Positions 61,973 through 64,000 of a DNA stretch of 64,000 nucleotides are shown piece by piece. The translations under genes were made by a program, and so were the position numbers. The notes under the pieces are model-generated. The model was not told the DNA's origin. It was given only the letters and a program-made list of their open reading frames with translations, and did not search any database. Each line of letters opens with the position of its first letter. The first letter of the stretch is position 1. Source of the DNA: an uncultured Gemmatimonadales bacterium (lineage in GTDB: Bacteria > Gemmatimonadota > Gemmatimonadetes > Longimicrobiales > Gaopeijiaceae); NCBI GenBank assembly GCA_963809895.1, contig CAWELD010000003.1:1984001-2048000 (forward strand). The letters run 5' to 3'.

Positions 61973-63102
61973 GTCTGCAGGAACCGCGTCATCTCTTCGG
62001 TCCGGTCGGGCACATCGCTCCGCTCGGGCGTGTCCCGGCCGGCCAGGGTGTTCATCTTGAGGTCGAAGTCGGTGGGACGGTTCGAGGCCGCCTTGGCCAC
62101 CTTGAAGTCCACCATGTCGGCCTTCACCAGATCCATGAGATGCTGGTCGAAGGTCTGGGATCCGTACTGGGAGCGCCCTTCCTCGATGAGGTCGTAGATC
62201 TCCTCCATGCGGGCGGGGTCGCGGATGCAGTCGCGAATCGTCGAGGTGACGCGCATGATCTCGCACGCCGGCACCCGGCCCTTGCCGTCCTTGGTGGGGA
62301 TCAGCCGCTGGCTGATCACCGCCTGCAGCGCGTCGGCGAGACGCACCCGGATCATCTCCTGCTCGCCGGGCTCGAAGACCGCGATCAGGCGGGACACCGT
62401 CTGCACCGCGTTCTTGGTGTGCACGGTGGAGATCACCAGGTGGCCGGTCTCGGCGGCCTTGAGCGCGGTGTCGATGGTCTCCTTGTCGCGCATCTCACCG
62501 ATGAGGATGACGTCGGGGTCCTGGCGGAGCGCGGCCCGGAGGCCGGCCATGAAGGTGGCGGTGTCGGTGCCGATGTCGCGCTGCGTGATGGAGCCCTTGA
62601 TGTCCCGGTGCAGGAACTCGATGGGATTCTCCAGCGTGACGATGTGCACCGGCTTGCGCTGGTTGATCCAGTTGATCATGGCGGCCTGCGTGGAGCTCTT
62701 GCCCGAGCCGGTCACGCCGGTGACCAGGATCAAGCCACGCTCGTAGTCGCTGATCTCCTCCAGCACCTCGGGCAAGCGCAGGTCCATGAAGTTGGGGATC
62801 TCGATGGGGATGATGCGCATGACGATCATGAACGATCCCCGTTGGCGGAGGATGTTCACGCGGAAGCGCCCGAGCCCCGTGAGGCCCCAGGAGAAGTCGT
62901 AGTCCAGGATCGCGTCCAGGTTGTCGCGGTCCTCCTCGTGCGGCACCAGCCGCGCCGCGAGCTGCCGGACCTGCTCCGCCGAGATCTTCTGCTGGGTGAT
63001 GGGCACCAGCTGGCCCAGAATACGGGCACGCACCACGTCACCCGACTTGATGTGGATGTCGCTCGCGCCGCGCTCGATGGCGGCCTTGAAGATTTCCATC
63101 AT
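61969..63102 (-). CDS. PilT/PilU type IV pilus retraction ATPase
   Basis: ASDIHI, RFRVN, GVTGSGKSST, ALRQDPDVILIGEMRD, AAETGHLV. Confidence 0.93.
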   Translation of the reverse strand: MMEIFKAAIERGASDIHIKSGDVVRARILGQLVPITQQKISAEQVRQLAARLVPHEEDRDNLDAILDYDFSWGLTGLGRFRVNILRQRGSFMIVMRIIPIEIPNFMDLRLPEVLEEISDYERGLILVTGVTGSGKSSTQAAMINWINQRKPVHIVTLENPIEFLHRDIKGSITQRDIGTDTATFMAGLRAALRQDPDVILIGEMRDKETIDTALKAAETGHLVISTVHTKNAVQTVSRLIAVFEPGEQEMIRVRLADALQAVISQRLIPTKDGKGRVPACEIMRVTSTIRDCIRDPARMEEIYDLIEEGRSQYGSQTFDQHLMDLVKADMVDFKVAKAASNRPTDFDLKMNTLAGRDTPERSDVPDRTEEMTRFLQT

Positions 63103-63246
63103 GGCTGGGAACGTCCGGTCGAGAGCAGGAGAGACGGGCCTGGCAGTCTGCCTCTTTCAAGGTAAGCACCGGGCCCGGTTCGGCGAAACGTCGGCGAGCG
63201 GGCGGGAATCCCCGACCGCCGTCACCCCGGCGTCCGTGCGGACGCG

Positions 63247-63942
63247 TCAGCCGAAGTGCAGCGCCCGGATGTCGGTCCGCTCCAGAAGGCGCTCGCGGGC
63301 GCGCAAGAAGGCCTCTTCCTTGCCCGCCAGGTCGAAATAGGCGATCAAGCGGTCTCCATCCAGGTCCACGGCATCGGTGTGGACGTGGAGCTTCTCGTCG
63401 GTGAGGATGTCCACGAGCTCCTGGACCACTCCCGCCCCGCGATCCACCTCCACCCGGAGCGGCCGGCCCCGGCGGGAGCGCGCCAGATGGTGCTCCAGGA
63501 GCCCGAGAGGGACCAGCACCAGGAGCACCAACACGGTGGTGCCCACCGCCTCGACGTAGTGCCCGGAGCCGACGGTCATGCCGATGGCCGCCACGACCCA
63601 GAGGGTGGCGGCGGTGGTGAGTCCCGACACGGAGCCCCGGGACTGGATGATGGTGCCGGCCCCCAGAAACCCGATCCCGGACACGATCTGGGCGGCGATG
63701 CGGGCCGGGTCGGCCGGCCCCGACCCACCCGGCATCAGGTCGGCGAGACGCGGGGACAGGTAGGTGAGGAGCGCCGCGCCCACGCAGATCAGGATGTTGG
63801 TGCGGAGTCCCGCCGGCTTGCCGCTGGACTCCCGCTCCCAGCCGACGAGGCCGCCCAGGACCGTCGCCACCACCAGGCGCAGCAGGAGGTCGAGGCGAAG
63901 CCCCGGCAGCGCCTGCTCCCAGCCCTGCAGCAGCGCGTCCAT
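63247..63942 (-). CDS. MgtC/SapB family protein
   Basis: GWERE..GKPAGLRT, DPARIAAQIVSGIGFLGAG, GLTTAATLW. Confidence 0.93.
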   Translation of the reverse strand: MDALLQGWEQALPGLRLDLLLRLVVATVLGGLVGWERESSGKPAGLRTNILICVGAALLTYLSPRLADLMPGGSGPADPARIAAQIVSGIGFLGAGTIIQSRGSVSGLTTAATLWVVAAIGMTVGSGHYVEAVGTTVLVLLVLVPLGLLEHHLARSRRGRPLRVEVDRGAGVVQELVDILTDEKLHVHTDAVDLDGDRLIAYFDLAGKEEAFLRARERLLERTDIRALHFG

Positions 63943-64000
63943 GCTCAGGAGGTCGGTGCGTTCACGGTCACGACTCCAGCGCGTCTCGCCAGGCGAGTCC

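Overview
Very GC-rich bacterial chromosomal window. Gene content (PadR/ADOP permease, 6-bladed propeller lipoprotein, carboxypeptidase-regulatory-like protein, secreted TolB-like/VPS10 hydrolases) suggests Gemmatimonadota, which is an inference. It holds about 48 CDSs and one tRNA-Lys(TTT). Redox genes: a cytochrome c-fused PQQ dehydrogenase with a D-x-D (lanthanide-type) motif; a selenocysteine formate dehydrogenase (in-frame TGA plus SECIS-like hairpin) with a fused NuoEF partner; a Tat-exported xanthine/aldehyde oxidoreductase operon that includes a cytochrome b; and a divergent multiheme cytochrome c lipoprotein with a collagen-like stalk. Housekeeping genes: rnhB-rplS-trmD-rimM-rpsP, ffh, purA, dapA-like, pilT-like, mgtC-like. 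There are two lower-GC accessory patches. One (about 4.8-7.8 kb) has a propeller lipoprotein, a 71-bp deletion-collapsed relic of a paralogue, and an XRE-MNT/HEPN toxin-antitoxin pair with a perfect operator. The other is a 2.4-kb integrase-less islet at the tRNA-Lys 3' end, with 62-bp att repeats and paired TGCACGA arm-like repeats, next to an AAA+/DUF4143 gene preceded by 23-bp-period repeats that share the TGCAC core. A candidate attenuator lies in the purA leader. About 8 single-base frameshifts in otherwise intact genes look like assembly errors. No CRISPR array, rRNA, transposase or integrase was seen.
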